This document shows, in pieces, positions 18,237 through 27,926 of a stretch of 64,000 nucleotides of DNA. The translations under genes were made by a program, and so were the position numbers. The stretch comes from Candidatus Micrarchaeota archaeon. Lineage in GTDB: Archaea; Micrarchaeota; Micrarchaeia; Micrarchaeales; CABMGC01. How positions within the stretch are numbered: the first letter of the stretch is position 1; each line of letters starts with the position of its first letter. The notes beneath the pieces are model-generated. The model saw nothing but the letters and a program-made list of their open reading frames with translations, was not told the origin of the DNA and did not search any database. The stretch lies in NCBI GenBank assembly GCA_021790305.1, contig JAJYED010000002.1:4200-68199 (forward strand), in the 5' to 3' direction.

Positions 18237-19964
18237 ATGACCGAGGATTTGAATAGGGAGGATTATGATTTAGAGGAGCGTAAGCGGGAGAGTAAATACG
18301 GGAAGAACTACAAATGGATAACACTTTCGAATACGACTCTCGGAGTACTGATGGCTTCAATAGATTCTTCGATACTGATAATATCGCTTCCTGCTATATT
18401 CAACGGCTTGGGAGTAAACCCGCTTACTCCTGGAAACATAGCACTTCTCTTATGGCTGCTTCTGGGTTATATGATAATGTCATCAGTAATAGTAGTGACC
18501 ATAGGACGGCTGTCCGATATGTTCGGCAGGGTGAAGCTTTACAATCTGGGTTTCGCTATATTCGCCATAGGTTCTACCATATTATACGCCGTAACTTACC
18601 TGTTCACTGGAACCACGGCGGTTCTTTTGATGATAGTCTTCAGGCTTGTACAGGGTTTTGGAGGCGGATTCCTTTTTGCAAACGGAGCTGCAATACTTAC
18701 AGATGCATTTCCGCATGACCAGCGTGGAACTGCGATGGGAATAAACCAGATAGCAGCGATAATGGGAGGATTGATAGGGCTGATACTTGGAGGGATACTC
18801 TCTGCTATTGACTGGCACCTGATATTCCTGATAAGCGTGCCTGTAGGGATATTGGGAGCAATATGGTCATATCTGGCATTGCATGAAATAGCAAAAATAA
18901 GGGAGAACCAGAAGGTAGATATACTAGGAAATGTGACATTCGGAGTCGCCCTTACGCTAATATTGATATCTATGACATATGGACTTCTTCCTTATGGAAC
19001 TAGCAATACAGGTTGGTCAAGCCCATACGTTATCGGTGGAATAGTAACAGGGTTGCTTTTGCTTGTAGCTTTTGTCTTCATAGAGCTCAGGGCAAAAGAT
19101 CCTATGTTCAATCTGTATCTTTTCAAGATACGGGCTTTCTCAGCAGGCATACTCAGCCTCTTTCTTGCAGGAATAGCAAGGGGAGGACTGCAGTTTATGC
19201 TGATAATATGGCTGCAGGGGATATGGCTTCCTCTTCACGGAGTCAGCTTTGTCAATACCCCTTTACGGGCAGGCATAGACATGATACCTTTGCTTCTTGG
19301 ATTTTTGGTGATGGGACCTGTTGCAGGCCATCTTTCTGACAAATACGGAGCACGACTGTTTTCAACGCTCGGCATGATCATAAATGTTGTAGGATTCCTT
19401 CTGCTGATGGCTCTTCCTGTTAATTTCAGTTATCCGGTTTTTGCCCTGATAATATTTGTTTTGGGAATCGGACAGGGAATGTTTGCTGCGCCTAATACAA
19501 CTTCCGTCATGAATGCTGTTCCTCCCGAACATAGGGGTATAACTGCGGGAATGCGCGCCACATTTACAAACATGTCTTTTATGTTCAGCATAGTGATCTT
19601 CTTCACACTTCTTGTAATAGGATTAGGCACGGCACTCCCTGGTGCTTTGTATACAGGCCTGATAGCCCAGAGTGTCCCCACAGCTGCAGCGCATGCAGTA
19701 TCACAGCTGCCACCAACCTCTGCACTGTTTGCAGCACTTCTTGGATATAACCCTATGCTGACGCTGCTTCCTCATAATGTTACTGCAGTTATACCAAAAA
19801 CCAATCTTACTGTAATAACAGGGAATGAATTCTTTCCAAATCTGGTTTCCGCGCCTTTTGCAGATGGAATACATTCCGTACTCATAGCAGCGATTATAAT
19901 GTCTGCCATAGCAGCAGTAGCTTCTGCACTTAGAGGCAAGCGTTTCGTATATGGCAGAAAGTAA
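18237..19964 (+). CDS. MFS transporter, DHA2 (EmrB/QacA-like, about 14 TM)
   Basis: About 575 aa, multi-TM, with the MFS motif GRLSDMFGRVKLY after TM2. The ORF is open from TTG at 18219; ATG at 18237 is preferred. Confidence 0.85.
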   Translation: MTEDLNREDYDLEERKRESKYGKNYKWITLSNTTLGVLMASIDSSILIISLPAIFNGLGVNPLTPGNIALLLWLLLGYMIMSSVIVVTIGRLSDMFGRVKLYNLGFAIFAIGSTILYAVTYLFTGTTAVLLMIVFRLVQGFGGGFLFANGAAILTDAFPHDQRGTAMGINQIAAIMGGLIGLILGGILSAIDWHLIFLISVPVGILGAIWSYLALHEIAKIRENQKVDILGNVTFGVALTLILISMTYGLLPYGTSNTGWSSPYVIGGIVTGLLLLVAFVFIELRAKDPMFNLYLFKIRAFSAGILSLFLAGIARGGLQFMLIIWLQGIWLPLHGVSFVNTPLRAGIDMIPLLLGFLVMGPVAGHLSDKYGARLFSTLGMIINVVGFLLLMALPVNFSYPVFALIIFVLGIGQGMFAAPNTTSVMNAVPPEHRGITAGMRATFTNMSFMFSIVIFFTLLVIGLGTALPGALYTGLIAQSVPTAAAHAVSQLPPTSALFAALLGYNPMLTLLPHNVTAVIPKTNLTVITGNEFFPNLVSAPFADGIHSVLIAAIIMSAIAAVASALRGKRFVYGRK

Positions 19965-19990
19965 TCTGTTATGGAGCATGCTTGACATGT

Positions 19991-20818
19991 TTACATTGCA
20001 AGCAGATCATTCTTATTCTTGAATAAACTGTGCCTGAAGAATGCATAGAACAAGAAGCACGTTATCCCGAATGGTATATACCCTATGTATCCCTCTATTG
20101 GCATGGCGAAGAGCTTGACATTTATTATCAGTGATGGCATCGTGTATACCCATTGAGGATATGCCTGGTAGTTCCAGAACTCCCAGAAGAAACCCATTAT
20201 CAGTCCGGATATGCTAGTCTGTAATATGGTGCTTTTGATACCTATGCTGGCCTTCTGAAGAAGGCTTGCCCTTCCAATAATGAAGTTAAGGGGGTCTAGG
20301 AAGAGCCCTATTCCGGACCACATAAACAGAACGCCTATAGGCCCGAGAGTTATCGGAGATAGCATCAGAATCAATCCCAGTACTACCAGAAGCTTTACTG
20401 ATACAGAGTTTGTGGCTTTGCTCTTGATACTTCTCTTTGCCGAATCAAATCTTGTTCCAAGCTTGAGTGCCCTTACAAGCGTAAAAGTTTCCATTACCGC
20501 GGGTAGTATCGTTATGAAGTCGAAGATGTGTACATACCATATATAGTTGACATAATACCAGCTGTGGGTAAAAAGATTGTAGAATTCAAATATCAGCCAG
20601 AATGGGAGAGACAAAACAACCATGGATAGTATTTCCTTCGGATACGTGGATATCAGGGATTTTCCTTTGATATGATAGACCAAACTATCTACAAAGAGTA
20701 TGTATCCTGTCCAGATTATGACTATGTACCAGTCTGCGAATGGCTGCACAACGTAATGGAAATTAATCTCTGCAAGGATGATAAGCAACAGACCAAGATA
20801 ACCATACCATTTCATCAT
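19991..20818 (-). CDS. Integral membrane protein, unknown function
   Basis: Multi-TM ORF. ATG ATG at 20818 (MMKWYGYLGLLLIILAE...) is a more plausible start than the track start at 20905. Confidence 0.55.
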   Translation of the reverse strand: MMKWYGYLGLLLIILAEINFHYVVQPFADWYIVIIWTGYILFVDSLVYHIKGKSLISTYPKEILSMVVLSLPFWLIFEFYNLFTHSWYYVNYIWYVHIFDFITILPAVMETFTLVRALKLGTRFDSAKRSIKSKATNSVSVKLLVVLGLILMLSPITLGPIGVLFMWSGIGLFLDPLNFIIGRASLLQKASIGIKSTILQTSISGLIMGFFWEFWNYQAYPQWVYTMPSLIINVKLFAMPIEGYIGYIPFGITCFLFYAFFRHSLFKNKNDLLAM

Positions 20819-20973
20819 GAATACACCTTTGAAGATGCGAAGTTTGCCGCTTGACAGTTCGCATTTTGGAATTAATGCTTTTATTACTTGGCATTGTTGC
20901 GGCATTTTAACTGTTTTATCGGAAGGAGTATCTGCACGTATATGAATTTCTGGTAGAGCAAGGAACCGTTATC

Positions 20974-22617
20974 TTATCTGACAGTTACGCTTTCTTCTGC
21001 TAGGAGCTGTTTTGAACTGTATATCTGCTTCTTTGGCGAACAGTATTGCGCTACTTCCCAGAAGATTATGGCATATACTGCGACTACAACCATGTCGTAA
21101 GGGAATGGAATGACCCCTACCCCTCCGGTACTATTCCCTCCGATGTATGATAGTAGAATTATCCCTATGATAAATAGAGGTATCCACGCTGCATGCTTTA
21201 GATTAAGATTCTTCCATTCTGACTTGTTAGCCTGGTATGCATAGAAAATTGTTCCTATTAGAGTTGCTGCAAGCGCATAAAGTGTTGTGGGATATGTTGC
21301 CCAGTATATCAGAAGTGTAGACATTATGAATCCGATGAGAGACCATGCCCTTACATAAGGAACTTTGAATGGCCTTTTGACCTCAGGGTAAAGTCTTCTT
21401 AGAGACGGTAATGAAGCAGATACAAGTGCGAAATTAACTACCGCTGCAACTACTACGAAATCTACAAGGGAGTACCATGATGGCAGGGGAATTATGAAAA
21501 TGACTGCGAGAATCGCTGCAAGAACCAGAGACCATATTGGTACGCCAGTACTGTTCGTTTTTGAAAAGATTTTCGGGAATGCGTTTTCCTTTGAGAAGCC
21601 AAATATTATACGCGCAGAGCCTGTAAGGTATACGCCGAATGTGCCAAAAGGCGAGAAGATAGCGAAGAGCAGAGCAAGAATTACCAGGACTCCAAGAATG
21701 GACCCTGCAAATGAGGAGACCGTGCTTGCTCCAGCATGCATCAGGTTTGCAAGAGGAGAGCTTAGTGCAGCAACACTGCTCCACGTACCTGGAGCTACAC
21801 CCAGAGCGGACCAGCTTACAGCCCCGACAATCACTATTGCCATGAGTACATAGAATATGCTCTGTACCAGAAGTGTAGTGCCTATTGCAAGCGGGACGTT
21901 CTTCTTGGGATTTTTCATCTCTCCGGCCATGTCTGCAACCTGCCTGTAACCCCCAAACGAGAAGAGTATTCCTGTTGCAGGTATGGCTATCAATACGCCT
22001 GCCCATCCATATGGCAAGAACCCGGTGCTTGTAAAGTTACTTGGATGGAACAGCAGTAATGGGACAAGTATTATGAACAGTACCAGTGTGGCTATTTTCA
22101 GGTAAGTAAGCCATGAATTAAACTTGCCGAATTTGGAGATTCCCATGAAGTTCAATATGGCGAAGAAGAGCGTGATCAGTATGGCTACAAGAACACCGAA
22201 CGGAGTTAGAAGCCCCGTACCACCTACAACATGGTACAGGCTAGGTACCCAGTAAGATGCGTATTGTGCGACTGCAACTCCCTCTATCGCAGGTATTATC
22301 GCAGACCAGAGAAAGAGCGCCCATCCAGAGAGGAATCCGCCGTAGCTCCCATAAACATAATACCCTATTCTTGCGCTTATCCCGCTTTTAGGGACCATTG
22401 AAGCAATCTCGGCGTAGGGTATTGTTATGAATGCTATCATTATTGCCGCAATTATCCATGAAATTAGTACAGCTGGACCTGCATATGCAGTTCCGCCTGC
22501 GGCTGCGAAAAGTATTCCTGACCCTATCGCTCCCCCTATCCCTATTAATGCAGCGTCACGCAGTGTTAATCCTCTTTTTAGTCCGCTCTTTTGATTTTTA
22601 CCCTTATTTGCAGCCAT
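20974..22617 (-). CDS. Amino acid permease (APC superfamily)
   Basis: About 547 aa. The N-terminus MAANKGKNQKSGLKRGLTLRDAALIGIGGAIGSGILF is the APC consensus; about 12-14 TM helices. Confidence 0.85.
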   Translation of the reverse strand: MAANKGKNQKSGLKRGLTLRDAALIGIGGAIGSGILFAAAGGTAYAGPAVLISWIIAAIMIAFITIPYAEIASMVPKSGISARIGYYVYGSYGGFLSGWALFLWSAIIPAIEGVAVAQYASYWVPSLYHVVGGTGLLTPFGVLVAILITLFFAILNFMGISKFGKFNSWLTYLKIATLVLFIILVPLLLFHPSNFTSTGFLPYGWAGVLIAIPATGILFSFGGYRQVADMAGEMKNPKKNVPLAIGTTLLVQSIFYVLMAIVIVGAVSWSALGVAPGTWSSVAALSSPLANLMHAGASTVSSFAGSILGVLVILALLFAIFSPFGTFGVYLTGSARIIFGFSKENAFPKIFSKTNSTGVPIWSLVLAAILAVIFIIPLPSWYSLVDFVVVAAVVNFALVSASLPSLRRLYPEVKRPFKVPYVRAWSLIGFIMSTLLIYWATYPTTLYALAATLIGTIFYAYQANKSEWKNLNLKHAAWIPLFIIGIILLSYIGGNSTGGVGVIPFPYDMVVVAVYAIIFWEVAQYCSPKKQIYSSKQLLAEESVTVR

Positions 22618-22789
22618 TTGAAGATCCCATACCCACAATTATCTGGACAGCGATTTTTATAATACTTTCTAGAAAGTCGGCAGCGTAAGAACATTGTTTT
22701 AAAGAATTTATGGAAGGTGAGCTTGTTCTAATAATACAAACAGTTTTAGCAGAACCGTAACGTAAAAATTATAAATATTACACAGTATT

Positions 22790-23167
22790 ATGTGTAATAA
22801 GTGTGATATTATGGGGAAGAACATAACCTTGACTGTGCCAGATTCGGTATATGCAGTTATGAAGTCGCATCCGGAGATCAACTGGAGCAACGTTTCGCGC
22901 AGGGCAATTGAGGCCTTTGCCTCGATGCTGTCTAAGGCAGAAAGTGCTGAGGAAGAGATAAAGAAGAATTATGGAAACGATGTAGCTGCAAGATTAAGTT
23001 TCGGAATAAACGAGACATCTGCCCAGTCTAAAAACCCTGCTGAAGATGGAATGCTCAGCTCCTATTATAACTTCGGGATAAATTTCAACGCCAGTGTACA
23101 GCCAACAAGGCATGGGATCACAGCAAGTTCCAAGAAAAAGATTCTGGAGGATATAACAAAAAAATAA
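22790..23167 (+). CDS. Hypothetical protein, possible ribbon-helix-helix N-terminal domain
   Basis: 125 aa. NITLTVPDSVYAVMKSHPEINWSNVSRRAIEAFASML resembles an RHH/CopG-like fold. No partner toxin gene is seen. Confidence 0.4.
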   Translation: MCNKCDIMGKNITLTVPDSVYAVMKSHPEINWSNVSRRAIEAFASMLSKAESAEEEIKKNYGNDVAARLSFGINETSAQSKNPAEDGMLSSYYNFGINFNASVQPTRHGITASSKKKILEDITKK

Positions 23168-23324
23168 CAGTTAGTGGGCAGTATACTTCAGGTATAAAGC
23201 ATTTGCAGTTAAGGTAACGTGTCAGCAGAAGGTAATCTATATAATAATGATGCAGGATATCTCTTAGGTATTCTTAATTGCTAGTAGGATACAGAGTTTG
23301 TGTAGAAGAAGCAGATGATGTAAA

Positions 23325-23888
23325 TTGAGTAGTATTTATTCTATTATACAGGGTCTTAATCTTGCAGCTTATCAAGCATCGCAGGTACTTGCAAGCCCGC
23401 TCCTTTATCAGGTAATGTCATATGTTGTGGAAAGCTACTTTGTGGTCCTTCCGCTGATGCTCATTTATCTGATATACAAAAAGGATAGGAATGTCTTTGT
23501 GTTTGCAGTTGCAGGACTTGTACTGTATATCATCGGAGATATCATCAAGATGATTGTTCGTGAACCTAGGCCTTGCAATCTTCAGGGAACGCAGTATCTG
23601 CAGAGCTATTGTGATACTGGTTATTCCTTCCCTTCAAACCACGCCACAGTACTGACAGGGCTGGCATTATTTATAAACTACAAATACTTGAGGATACTTT
23701 ACATACTCTGGGTAATACTCCTGCTGTTTGGCAAGCTGTTTCTTGCACAGCATTATCTTACGGATCTGATAGCTGGAGTGATAATAAGCTTGATAGTAGC
23801 AAGAGTGCTTCAGGTCTACAGCAAGAAAATAAACGACGTGCTTGCAGGAATATTCAACAGGATATTCGGCAAGGTATACAAGATCTGA
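23325..23888 (+). CDS. PAP2 family (acid/undecaprenyl-diphosphate type) phosphatase
   Basis: 187 aa. PAP2 motifs KMIVREPRP, PSNH and AQHYLTDLIAG. Membrane protein, TTG start. Confidence 0.8.
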   Translation: MSSIYSIIQGLNLAAYQASQVLASPLLYQVMSYVVESYFVVLPLMLIYLIYKKDRNVFVFAVAGLVLYIIGDIIKMIVREPRPCNLQGTQYLQSYCDTGYSFPSNHATVLTGLALFINYKYLRILYILWVILLLFGKLFLAQHYLTDLIAGVIISLIVARVLQVYSKKINDVLAGIFNRIFGKVYKI

Positions 23889-23942
23889 ATCCTGTAGCTA
23901 TTCTTGATGATTTAAGACCAGTATTTATTGCTGAATTTGATT

Positions 23943-24017
23943 TGCTCCCATCGGGATTTGAACCCGAGTTGCAGGGTTGAAAGCCCCGCGTCCTTGGCCG
24001 GACTAGACGATAGGAGC
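23943..24017 (-). tRNA. tRNA-Glu (anticodon TTC)
   Basis: Minus strand: GCTCCTA-TC-GTCTAGTCCGGCCAAGGAC-GCGGGG-CTTTCAA-CCCTGC...GGGTTCAAATCCCGATGGGAGC-A. It folds as a cloverleaf with anticodon loop CTTTCAA. Confidence 0.9.
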
Positions 24018-24052
24018 GTGTTTTATATCTTCCTGAAAAGTTATTTTAACCC

Positions 24053-24724
24053 TTGTTGATTATTAATAGTAGTGGTTTTTTGATCATATGCGTAGAGGGA
24101 GTAGACGGTTCGGGAAAGAGCACGCAGGCAGAACTGCTAGTGAAGCGATTGATATCCGAGGGGAAGAATGTTCAGCTCTTTTCATATCCTGATTACGAAT
24201 CGGATACTGGAAAGAAGATAAAGGAGTATCTGCATGGTACCGAACCTGTAGAGGTAAAGTCATTGTTTAAGATGTATCTTAATGACATAGCAAAGGATGT
24301 TGATAAAATAAAAGAAGCTGACAAGAAAGGGGTGGCCATACTGAGCAGATATTATACCTCTACGATAGCTTACCAGTGTGCTCAGGGTTATGATTACAAT
24401 GAAGCAAAGAAGAAGGCCTTAGCTTCAGGGCTCCCTATTCCTGACATGGTAGTGTATCTTGGCGTTACTTCACAGGAATCCATGTACAGGAAGATGAAGG
24501 GAGGATTTGTACTGGACAGGCATGAAAGGGATGTGTTTTTAATTGAGAACGTTTTGAAGTTCTATAGGAAGGAGATGGATGATAACTTCCCTGGAAACAA
24601 GAAATGGATTGCAGTAAATGGTTCGAGAAGCGTAGAAGAGATACAGAAGCAGATATGGGAAGAGGTATCCAAAGTTGCTGCTAAGATTGAGGGGAAGGCG
24701 GCGAAGAGGAAATTAAAGGTATGA
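24053..24724 (+). CDS. tmk: Thymidylate (dTMP) kinase
   Basis: IICVEGVDGSGKSTQAELLVKRL P-loop plus the Tmk pattern. The start is one of several TTG codons at 24053-24080. Confidence 0.85.
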   Translation: MLIINSSGFLIICVEGVDGSGKSTQAELLVKRLISEGKNVQLFSYPDYESDTGKKIKEYLHGTEPVEVKSLFKMYLNDIAKDVDKIKEADKKGVAILSRYYTSTIAYQCAQGYDYNEAKKKALASGLPIPDMVVYLGVTSQESMYRKMKGGFVLDRHERDVFLIENVLKFYRKEMDDNFPGNKKWIAVNGSRSVEEIQKQIWEEVSKVAAKIEGKAAKRKLKV

Positions 24725-25278
24725 TACTTAGTGATTTGATGATACTGTCAGACTATGATTTGGACAACATAATAAGGGCGAAGAGGCTTGTGATAGATCC
24801 TTTTGAAAAGGATACTATTAGGGAGAATGGAGTTGACTTGAGACTCTCTAATGAAATGGCAGTTAGGAATCCGAAGCTGACCAAAGAGACTGTGTTCGAT
24901 CCTACCAACGAGGAGCATGTGAAGAACGAGTATCTGCTGAAGAGAGGCAAGGAACTTGTAATACCTGCACACTCGATGGTCCTGATGTCTACAAAAGAGT
25001 ATCTCTCGATGCCGAACAACCTTATGGGCTTTGTAGAGATAAGAAGCACATGGGCAAGACACGGCCTTTCCATGCCTCCTACGATAATAGATGCGGGATT
25101 CAAGGGAACAGTAACGCTTGAGGTGATAAACAATGCCCCTCATGCAATCCTTCTGAAACCTGACATGAGGTTTGCGCACGTCATATTCGCTACGACCCTG
25201 AATGAGGTTACAAATGCGTACAAAGGAAGCTATCTGGAACAGAGAGGCATAAAGTTCCCTAAGACTATAAAGGAATAA
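24721..25278 (+). CDS. dcd: dCTP deaminase (dUTPase superfamily)
   Basis: 185 aa with GVDLRLSNE, STWARHGL and IDAGFKGTVTLEVIN. ATGA overlap with tmk. The peptide MILSD occurs twice at the N-terminus (ATG at 24721 and at 24739). Confidence 0.85.
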   Translation: MILSDLMILSDYDLDNIIRAKRLVIDPFEKDTIRENGVDLRLSNEMAVRNPKLTKETVFDPTNEEHVKNEYLLKRGKELVIPAHSMVLMSTKEYLSMPNNLMGFVEIRSTWARHGLSMPPTIIDAGFKGTVTLEVINNAPHAILLKPDMRFAHVIFATTLNEVTNAYKGSYLEQRGIKFPKTIKE

Positions 25279-25327
25279 AAAGTAAAATTAGAAATTAAAA
25301 TAAAAAATGGGAAAAGAAATAATCAGT

Positions 25328-25606
25328 TTACCTGTAAAGGTCTTCCTGCTCTTCCCTTGTAGCGTCGTTTGCATTCTGTGAGGCAGATCCTACCAGAACC
25401 ACGTCTCCGACGTTCTTTACATTCTTGTAGAGTATGCTCTTTTTCTTCAAAGCTGACTTTACGTCGCTCTTCAGATTCTTCCAAGGGGACATAAGAAGCC
25501 TGCTTACCTCTCCCTTTTCCAAGTCCAATATTACGTCTTGAACTTCTCCAAGGTACTGCCCGTTGTCGCTGTATATATCCATTCTGTATATTTCAGATAT
25601 TCTCAT
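25328..25606 (-). CDS. Small PRC-barrel domain protein
   Basis: 92 aa. MRISEIYRMDIYSDNGQYLGEVQDVILDLEKGEVSRLLM is the typical PRC-barrel pattern. Confidence 0.7.
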   Translation of the reverse strand: MRISEIYRMDIYSDNGQYLGEVQDVILDLEKGEVSRLLMSPWKNLKSDVKSALKKKSILYKNVKNVGDVVLVGSASQNANDATREEQEDLYR

Positions 25607-25678
25607 CCAATCGCCTTGATATATAGAATGGTAAAGAATTTATAAATCTTATTAAATTTCGGAGTTACTGGAAGCGTA

Positions 25679-26833
25679 TCATGGCTGCATCCAATCTATC
25701 TCATAATAGTCGTTTTTGCTCCCTTTGAGATGAATCTGCCTGACTTTATAGTATGTTACTGCAGTCTCCCTGTCAGCTATTGCCAATATCAGCTCGAGAC
25801 CCTTTCTGCTTGCGCTCTTTATCGCTCCTGAGATCTCGCTGCCGCCTATATGCTCGTCCTCGCTCAGAGAGAGCATCGCATATCTTGGAGCACCATTTGA
25901 AGGATTTTCAGCTTCTCCCCCTCTCCTGTGATACAGTATGTAGTCTATATTGATGTTATTCGACCTTGCCGAACCAGGTATGGCGAGTATGAAGGTCTTC
26001 CTTACTGAATGCGCAACCCTTATCGCCCTTGCCCATTCAGATATCAGCATCTTTGCATCCTTTGGAAATACCTGTATGACATGCTTTGAATGCGTCCACC
26101 CGTTAGTGGTATTTGTAGGCTTTGCTCCTGGGAAGTATACCCTGAAGTGGGTACCGAACTTGAATCCAGTCTTTATCACGTAGCCTTTCTCTCTCCAGTC
26201 CTTGTATACTGAATAGAGTTTTAGGAAGTCCTTCCTACCGGCATTTCCGTTTTCTATCAGCTTCGCACGCGTTGCGTTTTTTATGTTTATTGTCTTGTTC
26301 TCAGTAAGCAATAGTGCCTCGAATATGTCAATCTTATTCAGCTTTCCCCTCTCCGAAGCCTTGTATGAGCCGTACTGCCCTATCCAGTAATTGTCATACA
26401 GCTCCTTGCCCTTTTCATTATCCTCAAGTATTGTCATCAGGTCTGTCTTGAAGAAGGTGCCGCGTATCCTTTTTGCCTTTATATTTAACTTTGAGCCTGG
26501 ATACTCCTTTATCTTCACCTTCGCGCGTTTGGCATACTTGAAATCAGGTTCCTTTATTATTAGACCGCGGTCTCGCCAGTCCTTATATGTAAGATATCGC
26601 GCTATGAACTTGCGGTTGTTCCAGAACTTTGAGATTGAATCATTGAAAGAAACAGTTTTGCCTGCCTTTGTGCACTCGGCGTTACGCAAGTCCATCAGAT
26701 AGAGTGCTTCCTCTTTTGAAAGGACAAGCTTGCGCTTTTCCTGCCTGCCGAAGAAACCTTTCTTCAGTATGTCCTTGGTGGACTGGTCCTCGACTATGAA
26801 TCTTCCTCCAGGAGAACATTCGATCTTGAGCAT
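25679..26833 (-). CDS. endA: tRNA-splicing endonuclease, single-chain three-unit (epsilon2-type)
   Basis: 384 aa with two copies of the EndA signature: LTYKDWRDRGLIIKE and VYKDWREKGYVIKTGFKFGTHFRVYFPG...HSKH. A third C-terminal EndA-like segment follows (AMLSLSEDEHIGG...LELILAIADRETAVTYYKV). Confidence 0.85.
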   Translation of the reverse strand: MLKIECSPGGRFIVEDQSTKDILKKGFFGRQEKRKLVLSKEEALYLMDLRNAECTKAGKTVSFNDSISKFWNNRKFIARYLTYKDWRDRGLIIKEPDFKYAKRAKVKIKEYPGSKLNIKAKRIRGTFFKTDLMTILEDNEKGKELYDNYWIGQYGSYKASERGKLNKIDIFEALLLTENKTINIKNATRAKLIENGNAGRKDFLKLYSVYKDWREKGYVIKTGFKFGTHFRVYFPGAKPTNTTNGWTHSKHVIQVFPKDAKMLISEWARAIRVAHSVRKTFILAIPGSARSNNINIDYILYHRRGGEAENPSNGAPRYAMLSLSEDEHIGGSEISGAIKSASRKGLELILAIADRETAVTYYKVRQIHLKGSKNDYYEIDWMQP

Positions 26834-26906
26834 CTATACACGGTAGCATATGCCCAATAAGATTTATGTGTATTTGCATGTATTAATATCATGGCTGGCG
26901 AGATTG

Positions 26907-27926
26907 ATGGCGACCGGTGCGCTTGACCTGAAAACGATACAGAAGATGCAGAAAGAGACGCAGTTCAGGGAGAGGATACGGAAGATACGTTACAGTATCT
27001 TCCTGCTGATAGCGTTCAGTTTTGCGGTTTTCTTAGTAATAGCCGTACTTGCAGTGTTGAATGAGGGCCTTAACGCGTTTGTTAATAGTATATTGAGGAT
27101 AGACTGGTGGTACTTCGGCGCGGCCCTTCTTGCCGTGTTTGCAAGTTATGCAATAAGGTTCCCGAAGTGGCAGATGTATCTCAACAAACTCAAGGTGAGG
27201 CTGAATCTCAAGACAAGCTTCATCATATACATGTCAATGTATTCCATGGACATAACTCCTGGGAGGTGGGGCAGGGCCGTGGTAGGTTTTACTATAAACA
27301 GGATCACCGGGGCGAAATTTGGTAGGACCTTCCCAGCGATAGTAGCGGATAACTTCACGGATTTCCTTGGATTTGTAATAGTTGCTGCTGTGGTAGTTTT
27401 CTTTGTTAATAAGTATGTTCTGATTTCGGTTATTCTGATTGTGTTGATGCTCATACCTTTCGTTTTTCTCTATATGGAAAGGCCGTTCAAGTACCTTAAA
27501 TCAAAACTGGATAAGATAAAGAAGCTTGAGAGCTTCTTCTCCGTAGGCTTGATGTATTTCAGGAGAAAGAGGATGCTTGACAGGAATGCCTATATCTTTT
27601 CGTTGATAGTCACTATACCCTCAGTTATACTCATAGGCCTTGCGCTTTATTTTGTCATACTTGGGTTTGGAGTGCATCTAAGCCCTGTCTATCTGCCCAC
27701 AATAATATTTGTTTACTGCTTCTCAACCATGCTTGGCATGGTTACTGGAGTTCCAGGCACTCTGGGGGTGACGGATGCGGCTTTGCTCACGTATATGACA
27801 GCGTTGCTGCCTATCGATTTTGGCCTTGTTGCAGGTATAACAATAATGTTCAGGATAGCGACCGTGTGGTTTGTGGAACTTCTAGGCTTCGGCAGCCTGA
27901 TACCCACATTCAAGTACTGGAAGTAG
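26907..27926 (+). CDS. Integral membrane protein (possibly flippase-like/UPF0104 family)
   Basis: About 340 aa, about 8 TM helices. ATG at 26907 is preferred over the track start at 26850, which would leave only 16 nt to the divergent endA. Confidence 0.45.
   Translation: MATGALDLKTIQKMQKETQFRERIRKIRYSIFLLIAFSFAVFLVIAVLAVLNEGLNAFVNSILRIDWWYFGAALLAVFASYAIRFPKWQMYLNKLKVRLNLKTSFIIYMSMYSMDITPGRWGRAVVGFTINRITGAKFGRTFPAIVADNFTDFLGFVIVAAVVVFFVNKYVLISVILIVLMLIPFVFLYMERPFKYLKSKLDKIKKLESFFSVGLMYFRRKRMLDRNAYIFSLIVTIPSVILIGLALYFVILGFGVHLSPVYLPTIIFVYCFSTMLGMVTGVPGTLGVTDAALLTYMTALLPIDFGLVAGITIMFRIATVWFVELLGFGSLIPTFKYWK

Noticed and set aside
21434-22006. 190-aa minus-strand ORF inside the APC permease gene
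   Set aside because: It is an alternative frame of the permease gene. It is Cys/Arg-rich with no TM pattern, whereas the 554-aa frame has the APC consensus.
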